Source of the DNA: Bugula neritina
Lineage: Eukaryota; Animalia; Bryozoa
Assembly: GCA_964035545.1 (NCBI GenBank)
Contig: OZ037767.1
Coordinates: forward strand, 2,677,680-2,741,679
Direction: 5' to 3'
Length of the DNA: 64,000 nt
Part shown: positions 61,102 to 64,000 of the stretch, one piece after another
Position numbering within the stretch: the first letter of the stretch is position 1
Layout: every line of letters starts with the position of its first letter
The notes under the pieces: model-generated
The model's database searches: none
The model's input: only the letters and a program-made list of their open reading frames with translations
Told to the model about the DNA's origin: nothing
Made by a program: the position numbers and the translations under genes

Positions 61102-61800
61102 TTACAGAGTTGCTATTGCAGAGCACACGCACGGTCCAGAGTTTATCAATAAATATAATTGATTCGATACTCTTCACACAATTGATGTCTAGCAAGTCAA
61201 CTGCACCTTGCTGCAAGATGCTCGTTTTATTTCCATGTATGAATACAAACTCTACAACATTTCGTTTATGTAGTATAAGGTTCAGGTTAGCTTGAGAATT
61301 TTATTCCTAAAAATTATAGGACATATCTTCATTCGTTAAAACAAATTTACATTTCTGGCCAGGCTATTTACCCACTGAAATTTAGCAGTTGTCTGCACAA
61401 CATTTTATTAGTATGTTCTTTTCAACATCAAATCATCTTCTTTAATCATTCTTCTCAATTTATCAATAATATTTTTTGAAAGATTACAAAACACTTGTGA
61501 CTTGCTTACAAATTATTTATTTTAGTTGCTTAAAATTTATTTTATATAGCATAAATTTTGAAAATCAAGCATATTTTGCTAATAAAACATTGATGTTAAA
61601 ACTATTGTGGGTTTGCGAACTTGGATTAAAGCTATAGAACAGTCTGCTAATATTTAGCGGGTGATGGAATGATCGGACATTCACTAAACTTATTAAAAGT
61701 TGGTTCTTTTAAGCCGAAAAGTTGTATGACTTTCATATTGAGAGTAGAGAAACAAAAGCTGCACAAAATGAGATGGATTTGGAGGTTTAGAGATGTCCAT

Positions 61801-63272
61801 TTACATAACAAGATATTTTGAGTAGACCTCATTGCTGTATAAGATAGGAGCTGTGAAAAAATTTAGTAGCATAAAGAATAGAAGAGGTCCGAGTATGTAA
61901 CAACCAATTATTTTTGCTTTTTTATCAAAGTCGTCCTCGTTCAGTACCTCGTTGAAATCGGGAAATCCTATATAGTTGCAGAACGCGTGGCATAAGACCG
62001 GGCCAATGAGATGTCCTGTAGAATAAATACAAGAAGTATGATAAATATATGAACTTCTCAAAAAAGCACATTTGAATAAAGACATAAAATAAAATATGCT
62101 TCTCAAATAATATATAATAATTGCGCAAAATTTTCACAAAAAACACAATAAACTAATATAAATATTAATATAAAATTTACTAACCTGTTCGAATAAATAT
62201 ATAGGCGCAATACACTCCAAATACAGTTGTATATGCAAATTGGAACACTGTAACAAAGCAGAACCGATGTATGTACAGATAAGTAAAATATAGCCTCAAA
62301 GTTTTAGCAAAACCAGATTAGCTTTGCAGCTAACTTCAACAACTGAAGTGCCATAAGAAAAAAATAAAAGATTTTAAATTAAGGGCACACAGTCGAATGT
62401 CATCCCATAAGATTACTGAGGCAATCAATACAGTCAGAAACTATGAAAGGCAGAGTTGTCTTCTCTAACAAGTGAGATAAAAGTTATTAGAAGTTACCTG
62501 ATTGAAAGAAAGCGGTTTTAAACTCCAAACCTTCAAACTTGATCTTTTGAAGCATATGATGAAAATGTGCTACAATAGAGAAAGTACACATGCAACAAAA
62601 GAGGTAGACTAATACAAAGTGCAATTCAAAACTATTTCTAAAACTAATTTGCTAAACACATTGCTCTCAGAGTTTACCTAAGCCGAAGAAAACAGGACAG
62701 AAGCAGACGGCAGCCTTCCAGCCAAATGTAGGAACCATGAGTGGCATCAGACAGGCTCTGAACAAGAACTCTTCAGTCAGGGGACCCTGGATATGCAGTA
62801 AGAGTATAACTAGATACCAATAGTATAACTAAATATATACAGAGAAAGTATAACTATACACAGAGAGTATAACTATATATACAGAGAGTATAACTATATA
62901 TACAGAGAGTATAACTATATATACAGAGAGTATAACTATATACAGAGAGTATAACTATATATACAGAGAGTATAACTATATACAGAGAGTATAACTATAT
63001 ACAGAGAGTATGACTATATACAGAGAGTATAACTATATACAGAGAGAGTATTTCACCAGAAAGCTTAATAAAAATATACGTGAACTATAAACATATATTC
63101 TACGATGTAGCAAGAGACAAGTATATTTCTTCAAGGGTTGTGGTGTACAATGAAATGCGTTGTTACTCACCACCACGTGATTTCGTATCCAGATTATATT
63201 ACTCAGACTATTCTTCCAATAATTTATGTCTGCAAAAGATAAACAACAACCATGAATCATCTACAAGAATAT

Positions 63273-63312
<40 letters not shown>

Positions 63313-63952
63313 TAGCCAATAGCAGTGAAGACAGCATCACACAAACAATTGAATTACCATTGTATAGTTCAAATATTCCGGCTTCATACATCTGAACTAA
63401 AGGTCCCGCAAATAGTATCTAAAAGTAAACAGAGTACAAATTTGGAGTTGTTTAACCTTTTCCATGGAATAAAAATAAGAGGTGAAAAATTCTCTAAATT
63501 TTTTTTATAATAGTTTGAACAGTATTACAGTAGTGCAGCCCCTATAGATTGCAGACAGAGCAAATAGTTTAACTAATATTACCATAGTAAGAGCCAGAGG
63601 TAGAATGGCCCCTTGAACTACTCCTGTGGATCGTACGCCAACCCATGACATCAGCGAGTGACCCTGCGAGTAAACAAGTAACTAACATTAAGAGACTTAC
63701 AAAGGATTTATTGACACCCGAAATAAAACTCTAGGATGAGAAAAATATCGGTGGCTATATTGAACATTAGTTGTTATTTTTGCAAATCTTAGTAAAATTA
63801 AAATCTACTACTTCAGTCAAAATGATTGAATAAATAATAATAGACTTACAGATTCACTAGATGTCGATATTAAGTAGAGAAAAGGCAAAGCTAGGAAACA
63901 AGCACAAGTCACAGCTAAAAATCTTATTTTTATAGTTTCGGGGTGATTCCTC
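61801..63952 (-). CDS. RCE1: CAAX prenyl protease 2 (5' end outside window)
   Basis: Exons 63952-63850, 63663-63583, 63418-63358, 63229-63171, 62786-62678, 62569-62498, 62247-62185, 62015-61801; motifs PLTEEFLFRAC, FFGLAHFHH, FQFAYTTVFG, HAFCNYIGFP. Confidence 0.93.
62800..63050. repeat. 19/21-bp minisatellite (AGAGAGTATAACTATATATAC) in an RCE1 intron
   Basis: About 12 tandem units. Confidence 0.9.
63273..63310. repeat. (CAG)n microsatellite, intronic
   Basis: About 12 CAG units. Confidence 0.9.
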
Positions 63953-64000
63953 CTGCAACATTGAAAAGTGTTTGACTGATAAAAAAGTGAAGCATTTCTG

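Overview
Gene-dense, AT-rich, intron-containing animal (invertebrate) genomic DNA; no prokaryotic features. Positions 1-5411 are the 3' part of a Ty3/gypsy-type LTR retroelement. Its single 880-aa ORF joins Gag (capsid + CCHC knuckle) directly, via an internal signal peptide, to a truncated Cys-rich class III (chuvirus-G / herpes-gB-like) glycoprotein. No pol is seen in the window. An antisense small transmembrane ORF, a short PPT and a ~640-bp LTR follow, and the LTR appears to be inserted into a coding exon of a host gene. The rest holds spliced host genes that I assembled by hand with consistent exon phases: GON7-like (-), MDH1 (+), POLR1H/RPA12 (-), AGPAT1/2-like (+), an unknown 36-aa-repeat protein (-), ACBD3 (+), PPP1R27-like (+), DDHD1 (-), MED31 (+), PCSK2 (+) and partial RCE1 (-). 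Highlights are the Gag-Env polyprotein element, a hidden PTS1 (UGA-C readthrough to -KSHL with a 3' stem-loop) in MDH1, and intronic minisatellites that repeatedly copy the adjacent splice site, often in frame. All family calls come from motif recognition, not from database searches.
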